64,000 bases of DNA from an uncultured Planctomycetales bacterium (GCA_964542785.1 CAZIUK010000001.1:197115-261114), one strand, 5' to 3'; shown: positions 47,012 to 57,298, counted from the first letter of the stretch. The notes: generated from the letters alone by a model not told the origin. Numbers and translations: made by a program.

Positions 47012-47389
47012 ATGAAGATATGTGTTACTTCAGAGGGAAAGTCTTTAGATTCTAATGTTGACTTGCGTTTTGGAAGGTGTCAGTATTTTATAATTGCGGA
47101 TATTGATTCTTTAGAGTTTGAAGTTTTAGAGAATCCGAATATTGATACTATGGGAGGCGCAGGTATCCAGTCTGCGCAGTTAGTAGCTTCAAAGCAGGTA
47201 ACGGCAGTTTTAACCGGTAATGTAGGGCCGAATGCATTTCAAACCTTACAGGCAGCAGGGGTAGAGGTTTTTATTGGCGCTTCAGGAACGATTAAGGAAG
47301 CGATAGAGAGATATAAGAAGGGTGAATTTCAGTCAGTTAAAAGCGCAAATGTAGGTTCAAAATTCGGAATGCCGGGTAAAAGTAATTAG
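47012..47389 (+). CDS. NifX/NifB-like domain protein (second paralog)
   Basis: DLRFGRCQYFIIADI signature. Confidence 0.8.
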   Translation: MKICVTSEGKSLDSNVDLRFGRCQYFIIADIDSLEFEVLENPNIDTMGGAGIQSAQLVASKQVTAVLTGNVGPNAFQTLQAAGVEVFIGASGTIKEAIERYKKGEFQSVKSANVGSKFGMPGKSN

Positions 47390-47396
47390 GAGGTGG

Positions 47397-47624
47397 GTGA
47401 TGCCAAGAGGAGATGGAACAGGACCTGCCGGAAGAGGCAGGGGTTTAGGTAGAGGGATGGGTAGAGGTTTAGGCCGGGGCCGTATGGGTGGGAATAGAGC
47501 TGGAGCTGGGCCAGGGGGAGATTGCATTTGTTTAAGTTGCGGAATAAAAGTAGCGCATAAGGCAGGCGTGCCTTGTGCTACGATTAGTTGCCCAAAGTGC
47601 GGGATGAATATGGTAAGAGGATAG
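47397..47624 (+). CDS. DUF5320-like protein with C-terminal CxxC...CxxC zinc ribbon
   Basis: MMPRGDGTGPAGRGRGLGRG...CICLSCG...CPKCG. Confidence 0.6.
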   Translation: MMPRGDGTGPAGRGRGLGRGMGRGLGRGRMGGNRAGAGPGGDCICLSCGIKVAHKAGVPCATISCPKCGMNMVRG

Positions 47625-47639
47625 GGTTCTTAAAAAAAA

Positions 47640-48257
47640 TTGGAAAGCAAGGTTTTAGAGAATCATAAACTATATTTAGAGAGAGTTAACTTTTATCGCA
47701 GTTTCGGTTATGACTTAGAATTAGAGAGGGATTTTATAATTGATAAATCCCTCCCTATTCTTGGGGAGATTTTAGAGATAGGAACTGGTAAAGGCCATTT
47801 TGCGCTCGCCTTAGCAAAGAGGGGGTATATTTTTAGAAGTATTGATATTTCAAAAGAAGGCCAGGAGATCGCCTTACTTAATTTAAAGTATTTTAAGTTA
47901 GAGAAGAATGTAGATTTAAGTATTGAGGATGCCCGTTTTTTAAGTTTTAGAAGCAAAAGTTTTGATACGATATTTTCCATAAACGTATTTCACCATTTAG
48001 AAGAGCCTTTAAAAGTATTAAAAGAGATAACCCGGGTTTTAACTCCTTTTGGCAAGGTTATTTTAAGCGATTTTACGGATAAAGGTTTAGGGGTGATTAA
48101 TACCTGCCATACCCAAGAGAACCGTAGGCATGATTATTTCAAGCACAATTTAGACGAGGCTAAAGAGTATTTTTTTGCCTTAGGTTTTGAAGTTAAAGAG
48201 TTTGAAAGCCAACTTCAAAGAGTCCTTGTGGTCAAAAAGGAAGAGAAAGGTAAGTAA
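47640..48257 (+). CDS. class I SAM-dependent methyltransferase (TTG start)
   Basis: LEIGTGKGHFALALAKRG. Confidence 0.65.
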   Translation: MESKVLENHKLYLERVNFYRSFGYDLELERDFIIDKSLPILGEILEIGTGKGHFALALAKRGYIFRSIDISKEGQEIALLNLKYFKLEKNVDLSIEDARFLSFRSKSFDTIFSINVFHHLEEPLKVLKEITRVLTPFGKVILSDFTDKGLGVINTCHTQENRRHDYFKHNLDEAKEYFFALGFEVKEFESQLQRVLVVKKEEKGK

Positions 48258-49111
48258 TGATTATTTCTATTGCCAGCGGTAAAGGCGGCACTGGTAAAAC
48301 AACAGTAGCGGTTAACCTCGCTTTATCTATAGATAACACACAGCTCATTGACGCGGATGTAGAAGAGCCGAATGCCCATATCTTTCTTAATCCTAAGATA
48401 TCCTTCCAAGAGAAAGGTTATATCCCCGTTCCTAGAATAGATGAGTCAAAATGTGATTATTGCGGTAAGTGCGCTAAGGTTTGCGTTTATAATGCGATAG
48501 CTGTTTTGCCCGGGAAAGACAAAAAAGATAAGGGAAAGGTTTTAGTCTTTGATCAACTTTGTCATGGTTGCGGGGCTTGTAGCGCTCTTTGTCCTAAAGG
48601 AGCTATTTATGAAGAGGATAGAGAAATTGGGGTTGTAGAAAAAGGGGAGAGTAATGACATGGAGTTTATCCATGGCAGGCTTAATATTGGTGAAGCTATG
48701 TCTCCGCCTTTAATACGCAAGGTTAAAAGTTTTATTAATGATAAAAAGAATGTGATTATTGACGCTCCTCCAGGGACTTCTTGTCCGGTTGTTGCCTCTT
48801 CAAAAAAGAGCGATTATGCTATTTTAGTTACAGAACCTACACCTTTTGGGTTAAATGATTTAATTTTGGCTGTAGAGGTATTAAGGAAGATGCAAATTCC
48901 TTTTGGCGCGGTGATTAACCGTTCGGATTTAGGAAATAAAGAAACAGAAGAATACTGCTTAAAAGAAGCTATACCTGTTTTAATGCGCATACCTTTTAAC
49001 AGGGATATAGCAGTTGCCTATTCTAAGGGGATTCCTTTGGTTGATGCCTTTCCTGCTTATAAAAAAGAGTTTAGGGAGCTTTTTGATAAAATAATCCAAA
49101 GCAAGGGCTAA
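48257..49111 (+). CDS. MinD/Mrp-superfamily P-loop ATPase with inserted 2x[4Fe-4S] ferredoxin domain
   Basis: IASGKGGTGKTT; CDYCGKCAKVC and CHGCGACSALC. Confidence 0.85.
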   Translation: MIISIASGKGGTGKTTVAVNLALSIDNTQLIDADVEEPNAHIFLNPKISFQEKGYIPVPRIDESKCDYCGKCAKVCVYNAIAVLPGKDKKDKGKVLVFDQLCHGCGACSALCPKGAIYEEDREIGVVEKGESNDMEFIHGRLNIGEAMSPPLIRKVKSFINDKKNVIIDAPPGTSCPVVASSKKSDYAILVTEPTPFGLNDLILAVEVLRKMQIPFGAVINRSDLGNKETEEYCLKEAIPVLMRIPFNRDIAVAYSKGIPLVDAFPAYKKEFRELFDKIIQSKG

Positions 49112-49135
49112 TCAGGGTTTTTTAATGGAGCTATT

Positions 49136-50002
49136 ATGATGAAGGTAAAGCAGATAGTGGTTATTAGCGGTAAGGGCGGGACAGGGAAGACTGTAATTAC
49201 AGGCGCTTTTGCGGCATTGGCAAGAAATAAGGTTATGGCTGATTGCGATGTAGATGCGGCTGATTTGCATTTGTTGCTTAAGCCAAAAATTAAAGAACGT
49301 CATGATTTTAAAAGCGGCTTAAGCGCTATCATAGATAAAAAAGCTTGTATTGAGTGTGGGAAGTGTGTTTCTATTTGTAGATTCTCTGCCATAAGTAATG
49401 ATTATGTAGTTGACCCTATAGCATGCGAGGGGTGCGCTTTCTGTAGCCACGTCTGCCCGGTAGGCGCAATAAAGATGGAAGAGTGTTTGGCAGGAGAGTG
49501 GTTTATATCAGAGACACGCTTTGGGCCCTTGGTGCATGCAAAATTAGGCATTGCCGAAGAGAATTCCGGGAAGTTAGTATCTTTGGTAAGAAAGCAGGCA
49601 AAAGATTTAGCTAAGAAGAATAACTGCGATTGGGTGATTATTGACGGGGCTCCGGGGATAGGTTGCCCTGTAATAGCTTCTCTTTCGGGGATAGATTATG
49701 CAGTAGTAGTTACTGAACCGACTTTATCAGGTTTGCATGATGCTTCAAGGGTGATAGAAGTAACTAAGCATTTTAAGGTTAAACCGGCGATGGTAATTAA
49801 TAAGCACGATTTGAATTGTGAGGTAACCAAAAGAATAGAAGAGTATTGCCAAAAGAAAGATATACCTTTATTGGGAAAGGTTTCTTTTGATAAAGCTGTT
49901 GTGGAGGCCATGGTAGAGGGCAAGACTATTATTGAATATCAAGATTCTTTAGCAAAAGAGGAGGTTAAGAGAATCTGGGCTAATCTACAGGGGTATTTAT
50001 GA
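49136..50002 (+). CDS. MinD/Mrp-superfamily P-loop ATPase with ferredoxin domain (paralog)
   Basis: ISGKGGTGKT; CIECGKCVSIC, CEGCAFCSHVC. Confidence 0.85.
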   Translation: MMKVKQIVVISGKGGTGKTVITGAFAALARNKVMADCDVDAADLHLLLKPKIKERHDFKSGLSAIIDKKACIECGKCVSICRFSAISNDYVVDPIACEGCAFCSHVCPVGAIKMEECLAGEWFISETRFGPLVHAKLGIAEENSGKLVSLVRKQAKDLAKKNNCDWVIIDGAPGIGCPVIASLSGIDYAVVVTEPTLSGLHDASRVIEVTKHFKVKPAMVINKHDLNCEVTKRIEEYCQKKDIPLLGKVSFDKAVVEAMVEGKTIIEYQDSLAKEEVKRIWANLQGYL

Positions 50003-50838
50003 AAAGAGGAGTAAAAAAAGACCTGCATATCTTAAGGTATTGTTCCTCTTTGGTAAGCGTTTCTTTTGGAAAGGTTGTTTATGTCTCTATGCCTAGGATA
50101 GATTTTTGTCCGATGGCAAGGCGTTTTTACAAAGATATCATTAAAAAAGATATTAATAAAAAACAGCAACAAAAAGCGATAAAAAAAATAATAGAGTTTA
50201 AGATTAAGAGGTTTGGTTTTTTTACAGATAAGAGAAGTTTTAGTCTACAAAGAACGCAGGTTCCTTTCGGGGCATCTGAGATGCTCATGCGCGCTTTAGA
50301 GAATAAAATTATTGACGCTGCAGTGATAGTATGCGATGGAGCAGGGACAGTTATTACTGATTCAGCTAAGGCGCTGCAGGGTATTGGTGCTAGAATGCAT
50401 AATATAGTAATGACTTCTCCTATAGATAAAGTTATGCGTAAGCTTGATTCATTAGGATGCTTTGTATTGTCCAAAGATGCTCTTATTGATCAACTTTTAG
50501 GAGTACGCAAGGCGATAGATTTAGGGTATAAGTCTATAGGAGTTACTTTAAATAGCAGTAGCGCTTTAAAGTTAGAGAGTTTAAGGGCAATAGAGAAAGT
50601 TAAGGCAGTTAAAATAACCGCACTTATTACCTGCACTAGCGGGATAAGGGAGGGAGCGGTAGTAAAGATAAAGCGGTATGGAGATTTAGTCTGGAGTTGT
50701 TCGTCTAAAGAGGTCCGTATGTTGATAGCTCCTATTGCTAAAAAGCAGTTATCCGAACTTATGCCTGTTTATGTTATTAGCAAGAAGGGTTTAAAGTTTG
50801 CCACTGCAAGCGATAATATCTTAAAAAAGAGGAGGTAA
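49999..50838 (+). CDS. hypothetical protein, possibly DUF2099-like
   Basis: PRIDFCP and VIVCDGAGTVITD are reminiscent of DUF2099; weak. Confidence 0.35.
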   Translation: MKRGVKKDLHILRYCSSLVSVSFGKVVYVSMPRIDFCPMARRFYKDIIKKDINKKQQQKAIKKIIEFKIKRFGFFTDKRSFSLQRTQVPFGASEMLMRALENKIIDAAVIVCDGAGTVITDSAKALQGIGARMHNIVMTSPIDKVMRKLDSLGCFVLSKDALIDQLLGVRKAIDLGYKSIGVTLNSSSALKLESLRAIEKVKAVKITALITCTSGIREGAVVKIKRYGDLVWSCSSKEVRMLIAPIAKKQLSELMPVYVISKKGLKFATASDNILKKRR

Positions 50839-50844
50839 GATTCG

Positions 50845-51723
50845 GTGAGGACTTATTTAGAGTGTATTCCTTGTTTTTTCCGTCAGGCGCTGGAAGGAAG
50901 TAGGCGCGCAGGATTATCCGTAAAGAAGCAGAAAAAAGTTTTGGATGGCTTTGCTGCGCTAATCCCTAAGTCCTCTTTAAAATTACCCCCGCCACAGATA
51001 GCCCGCGCAGGCTATTCTATCCTAAATAAATATTCTTCTATACCTGACCCATACAAAAAGATAAAAAGAGAAAGCAATAGGCTTGCCTTAAGATTATTAG
51101 GTAAATTAAAAAATAAGGTGGATAGGTCAAAGGACAGCCTTTTGGCGGCAGTAGAGCTGGCTATTGCAGGGAATATAATAGATTTTGGGGTTAAGAACCG
51201 CCTAAACATTAAAGAAGAGCTAAAGAGGTTAACCGCAGAAAAGGTTAAGGCTAAAAGAAGGAATCAGATATTTCGTTATCCTGCATTTAAGAAGAGTTTA
51301 AAGAGAGCTAAGAGCATCTTATATTTAGCGGATAATGCCGGAGAAGTTGTCTTTGACCGTATCTTGATAGAAGAGATAAAAAATAAATACCCGGAAAAAA
51401 TTATTTTTTATGCGGTTAAAGAAAAGCCGATTATTAATGATGCTTTATTAGAAGATGCTTTATTCTGTGGGATTGATAGGGTAGCAAGGATTATTTCTAA
51501 TGGTGCGGATGCACCTGGGACTATATTGAGTTTATGTTCTTTGGATTTTAAAAAGATTTATAAGAGTGCGGATATGGTTATCAGCAAGGGGCAGGGAAAC
51601 TTTGAGTCGCTCTCAAAAGCAAAAAAAAAGATCTTCTTTTTGTTTATGGTTAAATGTCCAGTTGTTGCAAGAGAGGTTAAAGGAAGAATGGGAGATTACG
51701 TGTTGCTATATAACAAGGCTTAA
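50845..51723 (+). CDS. DUF89 (ARMT1-like damage-control phosphatase) family protein; GTG start
   Basis: ADNAGEVVFD and SKGQGNFE motifs. Confidence 0.7.
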   Translation: MRTYLECIPCFFRQALEGSRRAGLSVKKQKKVLDGFAALIPKSSLKLPPPQIARAGYSILNKYSSIPDPYKKIKRESNRLALRLLGKLKNKVDRSKDSLLAAVELAIAGNIIDFGVKNRLNIKEELKRLTAEKVKAKRRNQIFRYPAFKKSLKRAKSILYLADNAGEVVFDRILIEEIKNKYPEKIIFYAVKEKPIINDALLEDALFCGIDRVARIISNGADAPGTILSLCSLDFKKIYKSADMVISKGQGNFESLSKAKKKIFFLFMVKCPVVAREVKGRMGDYVLLYNKA

Positions 51724-51743
51724 CTTAAAAAAAGGTTAAAGTT

Positions 51744-52457
51744 ATGAAAGTAAAGGTATTATTTGATAAGGTTGCGGGAAAGAAAGAATTGATTACTGGC
51801 TGGGGGGTTTCTTTTTTAATAGGAGACGAGGTATTATTTGATACTGGAGAAAATGGAGAGTGGCTTGTTAAGAATATTAGGGAGTTAAAAGTAGATATAG
51901 ATAAGATTAAGGCAGTAGTTATTTCTCATGACCATTGGGATCATACAGGAGGGCTTAAAGCGATATTTAATTTGAATCCTAATATAAAGATATATTCTCC
52001 TTTTAGGTTTAGCAAGGAGTTTGAAGAAGAGTTAGGTTCTTTAAAAAAGAACTTAATAGAGGTAGAAGAGCTTCTAGAGATTTCTAAGGGTATTTTTATA
52101 ACTGGTAAAATTCCCGGAGAATACCGTGGTAAAGATATGCCGGAACAGGCAGTAGTATTAGATACAGATAAAGGACTTGCGATTATTACCGGATGCGCAC
52201 ATCCGGGGGTAATAAAAATAATAGAAAAGGTAAGAGATAGGTTTTTAGGAAAGAGCATTTATGCTGTTTTCGGCGGTTTCCATATGATAGAATCAAGCAA
52301 AGATGATGTAGAGAGCGTGGTAAAAAAATTTAAGGCATTAGGCGTAATAAAAGCAGGGCCTACTCATTGTTCAGGAGATTTAGCTGAAGAAGAGTTTAGA
52401 AGAGAATATAAAGACAACTTTATAGATGTAGTAGTAGGAAAAGAGTTGGAGGTTTAA
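51744..52457 (+). CDS. MBL-fold metallo-hydrolase
   Basis: SHDHWDHTGG. Confidence 0.75.
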   Translation: MKVKVLFDKVAGKKELITGWGVSFLIGDEVLFDTGENGEWLVKNIRELKVDIDKIKAVVISHDHWDHTGGLKAIFNLNPNIKIYSPFRFSKEFEEELGSLKKNLIEVEELLEISKGIFITGKIPGEYRGKDMPEQAVVLDTDKGLAIITGCAHPGVIKIIEKVRDRFLGKSIYAVFGGFHMIESSKDDVESVVKKFKALGVIKAGPTHCSGDLAEEEFRREYKDNFIDVVVGKELEV

Positions 52458-52459
52458 TT

Positions 52460-52777
52460 ATGGCTGACTTTAAGCAGATAGATGAGGCTAGGAGATTGTT
52501 AGGTTTAGATGAAGAGGCTACTATGGGAGAGATCAAGGAAGCCTTCCGGGGTTTGGCGGTTAAATACCATCCTGATAAGCATAGGGGAAAAGAAAAGAAA
52601 GAGCATGAGGAGTCTTTTAAAAAGATAAGTGACGCAAAGGATATAATCTTAAATTATTGCGCAAGTTACCGCTTTTCCTTTAGAGAAAAAGACGTTAAGA
52701 AGAATACGATGTCTAGAGAAGAGTATGAATACCTAAAAAGATTTTACGGCGGGTTTTTTGATGATTTGGGGATATGA
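52460..52777 (+). CDS. J-domain (DnaJ-like) protein
   Basis: KYHPDKH HPD motif. Confidence 0.65.
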   Translation: MADFKQIDEARRLLGLDEEATMGEIKEAFRGLAVKYHPDKHRGKEKKEHEESFKKISDAKDIILNYCASYRFSFREKDVKKNTMSREEYEYLKRFYGGFFDDLGI

Positions 52778-53391
52778 AAAGGGTATTTGATAAATATTAC
52801 AAGAAGTTCGATGCTTGGTATGACAAGAATAGGTTTGTTTTTCTCTCGGAGGTAAGGGTTTTAAAAAAAGCCCTTCCTAAAAGAGGGGAGGGTTTGGAGA
52901 TAGGTGTTGGCACAGGGAGGTTCGCGTCATCTTTAGGGATTAAAAATGGCATAGATCCTTCTTTGAATATGCTTAAAGTTGCTAAAAGAAGGGGCGTTAA
53001 TGTTCGCTTAGGCAAGGGAGAGAAGGTTTCCTTTAAGGATGAGTCTTTTGATTACGTTGCGATCATAATTACTCTATGTTTTGTTAGGGATGTAAATAAA
53101 GTAATAAGCGAGGCAAGACGGGTTTTAAGGCCTAAGGGAAAGATAATTATCGCTATTGTAGATAGGGAGAGCTTTTTAGGGGTTTATTATAGAAATAAAA
53201 AGAGCATTTTTTATAAGAAGGCTAAGTTTTTTAGCGTAGGCGAGGTTAAGATGATCTTAAGTAGGATAGGTTTTAAGAAGTTTTCTTTTTATCAAACCCT
53301 CTCTAAATTACCCCAAGATTTAACTTCTGTAGAAGCCCCAAAAGAAGGATACGGCAGAGGTGGATTTGTAGTGATATCTGCCGTAAAATAA
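52774..53391 (+). CDS. class I SAM-dependent methyltransferase
   Basis: LEIGVGTGRF. Confidence 0.7.
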   Translation: MKRVFDKYYKKFDAWYDKNRFVFLSEVRVLKKALPKRGEGLEIGVGTGRFASSLGIKNGIDPSLNMLKVAKRRGVNVRLGKGEKVSFKDESFDYVAIIITLCFVRDVNKVISEARRVLRPKGKIIIAIVDRESFLGVYYRNKKSIFYKKAKFFSVGEVKMILSRIGFKKFSFYQTLSKLPQDLTSVEAPKEGYGRGGFVVISAVK

Positions 53392-53409
53392 TCCCTTTAG
53401 CTTTTCTCA

Positions 53410-53437
53410 TTGTAAGACGTGTATTTTATGTTACAAT
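53410..53437 (+). promoter_or_regulatory. candidate promoter TTGTAA-N16-TACAAT upstream of hldD
   Basis: Sequence match only. Confidence 0.3.
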
Positions 53438-53486
53438 AGTAAAGCCCATTTTAATAATTTGTTTAATTTTAAGTTAGAGGTATTAA

Positions 53487-54449
53487 ATGGTTATTTTAAC
53501 CGGTGGTGCCGGATTTATCGGGAGCTGTTTTTTATGGAAGTTGAACCAAGAGGGTGTTAAGGATATTATAATCGTAGATAACCTTGACTCTGAACTTAAA
53601 GAAAAAAATCTTTTAGGGAAAAAATATACTGATTACATCAAAAAAGAGGATTTTTTAAAGTTATTAGAGTCCGGCAAGTTCCTTAAAGTGAATAAGATTA
53701 TCCATATGGGAGCTTGCAGCTCAACGATATTGGATGATGCCGATTACTACCGTCAAAATAATTACGAGTATTCAAAACGCCTTGCTAAGTGGGCGGTTAA
53801 TAATAGGATATATTTTATTTATGCTTCATCTGCGGCAACCTATGGAGATGGAGTTTTAGGGTATGATGATGCCGAAAACCTTATTCCGTCTTTAAAGCCA
53901 TTAAACTTATACGGAGAATCAAAGCAGCAGTTTGACCTTTGGGTTTTAGAACAGGGTTTGTTTAAGGAATTTGTGGGATTAAAGTTCTTTAATGTCTTTG
54001 GGCCTAATGAGTATCATAAGGAAGAGATGATGAGTGTAATTTGTAAGCGCTTTGATGATTTAAAAAGCGGCAAGCCCATGCGCTTATTTAAATCTTACCG
54101 CGATGATTTTAAAGACGGAGAGCAGAAACGGGATTTTATCTACGTGAAAGACGCTGTAGAGGTTATGTATTTTTTTTATCAGGATCAAACTAAGGCAGGG
54201 ATATATAATTTAGGTACAGGAAGGGCTCGTAGTTGGAATGATGTGGCAAAGGCTATGTTTTCTTCGTTAGGGATAGATGTAGCTATAGAGTATATTCAGA
54301 TGCCTGAGGCGATAAAAGGGCAGTATCAGTATTTTACGCAGGCTAAGATGGAGAAATTAAGGTCCGTAGGTTGTTTGTATAGGTTTACTTCTTTAGAAGA
54401 GGCAGTTAGAGATTATTCAACATACCTAAAAGATAAAGTACACCTGTAA
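53487..54449 (+). CDS. hldD: ADP-L-glycero-D-manno-heptose 6-epimerase
   Basis: MVILTGGAGFIGS; YASSAATYG; near collinear with E. coli HldD. Confidence 0.92.
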   Translation: MVILTGGAGFIGSCFLWKLNQEGVKDIIIVDNLDSELKEKNLLGKKYTDYIKKEDFLKLLESGKFLKVNKIIHMGACSSTILDDADYYRQNNYEYSKRLAKWAVNNRIYFIYASSAATYGDGVLGYDDAENLIPSLKPLNLYGESKQQFDLWVLEQGLFKEFVGLKFFNVFGPNEYHKEEMMSVICKRFDDLKSGKPMRLFKSYRDDFKDGEQKRDFIYVKDAVEVMYFFYQDQTKAGIYNLGTGRARSWNDVAKAMFSSLGIDVAIEYIQMPEAIKGQYQYFTQAKMEKLRSVGCLYRFTSLEEAVRDYSTYLKDKVHL

Positions 54450-54471
54450 AGGTAAATTTTTTAAAAGCAAA

Positions 54472-55566
54472 GTGGAGAATAGTAGTAACCTTAAATTAAC
54501 CCCCATTATAGAGAAGCATAAGGAATTAGGCGCAAGATTAGCTCCTTTTGGTGGATGGCTTATGCCTATACAGTATAGCGGTATTATTGAGGAGCATAAT
54601 TGGGTGCGTTCTTTTGCCGGGGTATTTGATACCTGCCATATGGGGATTCTTGAGGTTGAGGCGGATTTAGATAATAGCAATATTGAAGAGCTTGTTACGG
54701 TTAATCTTAAAAACTTAAGTTTAAATAGTTGTGGGTATGGTTTTATATTAAATGAGGATGCAGGGGTTATAGATGACTTGATAGTCTATAAGCTCTCTTT
54801 AAATAAGTGGCTCTTTGTGGTCAATGCCGCAACAACTGAAGGGGATTTAAATTACCTGCAGGGTAAATTTAAGGGGAGTGTGAGTATAAAGAATATATCC
54901 GGTAATTTAGGTAAGGTTGATTTGCAAGGGCCTTTATCAAGGGATGTGTTGCAAGGGTTGCTTAAAAAAGATATTGGCCTTAAATATTTTCATTTTGATT
55001 ATTTTAATCTTTTGGGTGAAGAGATAATTATAAGCCGCACCGGATACACAGGAGAATTAGGGTTTGAGTTTTATATGCCTAAGACAAAGATACCTTTACT
55101 TTGGGATGAGATACTAAAAGATAAAAGGGTAAAACCTGCTGGTCTTGGCGCGCGCGATACATTACGCCTTGAGATGGGGTATAGTTTATACGGGCAGGAT
55201 ATAGATAGCAAAACTACTCCTTTAGAAGCCGGATTAAAATTATTTATTGATTGGGATAAGGAGTTTATCGGTAAGGAAGCTTTATTAAAAGATAAGGAGA
55301 GTGGGCTAAAGCGTAGGTTAGTTTCTTTTGAGGCAAACTCACGCCGCGCTCCCCGCCACAATTACCGTATAAATTATAAAGATAAAGATATAGGTTTTGT
55401 AACGAGCGGTTCTTTTTCTCCGAGCTTAGGGGTTGGTATAGGCTTAGGCTATATTACTGAAAAATTGGCAGTTGGGGAAGATATAACCCTTACTGATAAT
55501 GCTGTTAAAATAGAAGCAAAGATAGTTAAGAGGCCTTTTTATAAAAAAGGGAGTGTTAAAAATTAA
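54472..55566 (+). CDS. gcvT: glycine cleavage system T protein (aminomethyltransferase); GTG start
   Basis: TPL...H..LGA....FGGW.MP.QY N-term. Confidence 0.9.
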   Translation: MENSSNLKLTPIIEKHKELGARLAPFGGWLMPIQYSGIIEEHNWVRSFAGVFDTCHMGILEVEADLDNSNIEELVTVNLKNLSLNSCGYGFILNEDAGVIDDLIVYKLSLNKWLFVVNAATTEGDLNYLQGKFKGSVSIKNISGNLGKVDLQGPLSRDVLQGLLKKDIGLKYFHFDYFNLLGEEIIISRTGYTGELGFEFYMPKTKIPLLWDEILKDKRVKPAGLGARDTLRLEMGYSLYGQDIDSKTTPLEAGLKLFIDWDKEFIGKEALLKDKESGLKRRLVSFEANSRRAPRHNYRINYKDKDIGFVTSGSFSPSLGVGIGLGYITEKLAVGEDITLTDNAVKIEAKIVKRPFYKKGSVKN

Positions 55567-55580
55567 AAAAAGAGGAGTTG

Positions 55581-55964
55581 ATGATGGATAGTCTTTTGTT
55601 TACTAAGGAGCATGAGTGGGTAAGAATAACAGGAGAGAGTGCTACTGTAGGGATAACGGATTTTGCGCAAGAGTCATTGGGGGATATAACTTTTATAGAT
55701 TTACCTAAGCCAGGTCAAGAGTTAGCGCAGTTTGGCTTGTGTGCAACAGTGGAATCAGTTAAGGCAGCCTCTGATATATATTCTCCTTTATCCGGCGAGG
55801 TTGTAAAGATAAATGAAGAGTTGGTTAATAAGCCTGAGCTAATCAATAAATCCCCTTATAATTTAGGCTGGTTGGTAGAGATTAAGATAAAAGACTTAAA
55901 AGAAAAAGATAATCTTTTAGATGCAGAAAAATATAAAGGATATTTAAGCACCCTTTCTAAATGA
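55581..55964 (+). CDS. gcvH: glycine cleavage system H protein
   Basis: Lipoyl-lysine motif VESVKAASD. Confidence 0.9.
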   Translation: MMDSLLFTKEHEWVRITGESATVGITDFAQESLGDITFIDLPKPGQELAQFGLCATVESVKAASDIYSPLSGEVVKINEELVNKPELINKSPYNLGWLVEIKIKDLKEKDNLLDAEKYKGYLSTLSK

Positions 55965-57298
55965 ATTACTCCCCGCATACTAACGAAGATAAGAAGAAGA
56001 TGCTTGAAGTAATAGGAGTCAAGAGTATTGATGAGCTTTTTAAGGTTATCCCCGAGTCTTTAAAGCCTAAATCATTTAATATTCCTTTCGGTAGGTCAGA
56101 GTTTGAAGTAATGGAGCACTTAAGAGTTTTGGCGGGCAAGAATAATGTCTCGCTTGTTAATTTTATAGGAGGGGGGTTTTACGACCATTATATTCCCGCA
56201 GCAGTAGATGCCTTATCTATTCGCTCTGAATTTTATACTGCTTATACCCCCTATCAGCCGGAATGTTCTCAGGGTTGGCTTCAGGCAATTTATGAATATC
56301 AGACGGTGATATGCGAATTAACCGGTTTAGATGTTTCCAATGCCTCTTTATATGACGGAGGAACTGCCTTGTATGAAGCAGTGATGATAGCGCTAAGGCA
56401 TACTAAAAGAAAAAAGATTGTTCTAGATAGCGGGGTAAACCCAATCTACCGCATTATGCTTTATACTCATATTTCAAATCTTGATATTGAATTAGTTGAA
56501 ACACCGGTTACCCATGGGCAAAGCTCTCGTGAAGATATATATAAGGTTTTAGATGATAAGACAGCAGCAGTAGTCTTACAGAACCCTAATTTTTTCGGGG
56601 GAGTTGATGATTTCTCTGACATTGCAAAAGAGGCGCAAAGAGTTGGCGCTTTAACAATAGCCTCAGTTTATCCGGTTTCCTTAGGGCTTTTAAAGACTCC
56701 TTCAGAGATGGGGTTTGATATAGCTACTGGAGAAGGCCAGAGCTTGGGGATTCCATTGTCTTTTGGAGGGCCGTATTTAGGTTTTATAGCCCTTAAAGAG
56801 AAGTTTATGCGTCAGATGCCGGGCAGGGTTGTAGGAGTAACAGAGGATAAAGATAAAAAAAGGGGGTTTGTCCTTACTTTACAAGCACGTGAACAGCATA
56901 TCCGTAGGGAGAGGGCAACTTCTAATATTTGTTCAAATGAATCACTCTGTGCTTTAAGGGCTTTAATTTTTACTTGCCTGTTGGGCAAAAAAGGTATTCA
57001 TGATTTAGCGGTTATGAATTATCAAAAGGCAGAGTTTGCTAAATCGCTATTTGAAAAGATACCCGGGGTAAAAGTAAAGAAAAGTGCTCCGACATTTAAT
57101 GAGTTTACAATAGAGCTTCCTCAAACCGCTGAAAGGGCTGTCTCTTTAATGATTGATAGGGGATTTACCTGCGGTTTGCCATTAGGGAAGTTCTATAAAG
57201 ATATGGAGAATTTTCTTTTAGTTGCGGTAACTGAAAAGCGCACAAAGCAAGAGATAGTTAAGTTTGCAGAGAACCTGGAGTCAGCCTTATGCAGTTAA
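55961..57298 (+). CDS. gcvPA: glycine dehydrogenase (decarboxylating) subunit 1
   Basis: TAYTPYQPE..SQG. Confidence 0.93.
   Translation: MNYSPHTNEDKKKMLEVIGVKSIDELFKVIPESLKPKSFNIPFGRSEFEVMEHLRVLAGKNNVSLVNFIGGGFYDHYIPAAVDALSIRSEFYTAYTPYQPECSQGWLQAIYEYQTVICELTGLDVSNASLYDGGTALYEAVMIALRHTKRKKIVLDSGVNPIYRIMLYTHISNLDIELVETPVTHGQSSREDIYKVLDDKTAAVVLQNPNFFGGVDDFSDIAKEAQRVGALTIASVYPVSLGLLKTPSEMGFDIATGEGQSLGIPLSFGGPYLGFIALKEKFMRQMPGRVVGVTEDKDKKRGFVLTLQAREQHIRRERATSNICSNESLCALRALIFTCLLGKKGIHDLAVMNYQKAEFAKSLFEKIPGVKVKKSAPTFNEFTIELPQTAERAVSLMIDRGFTCGLPLGKFYKDMENFLLVAVTEKRTKQEIVKFAENLESALCS

Noticed and set aside
54450-54471. Glycine riboswitch upstream of gcvT
   Set aside because: Only 22 nt separate hldD from gcvT, with no room for the tandem aptamer. 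gcvT appears co-transcribed with hldD.
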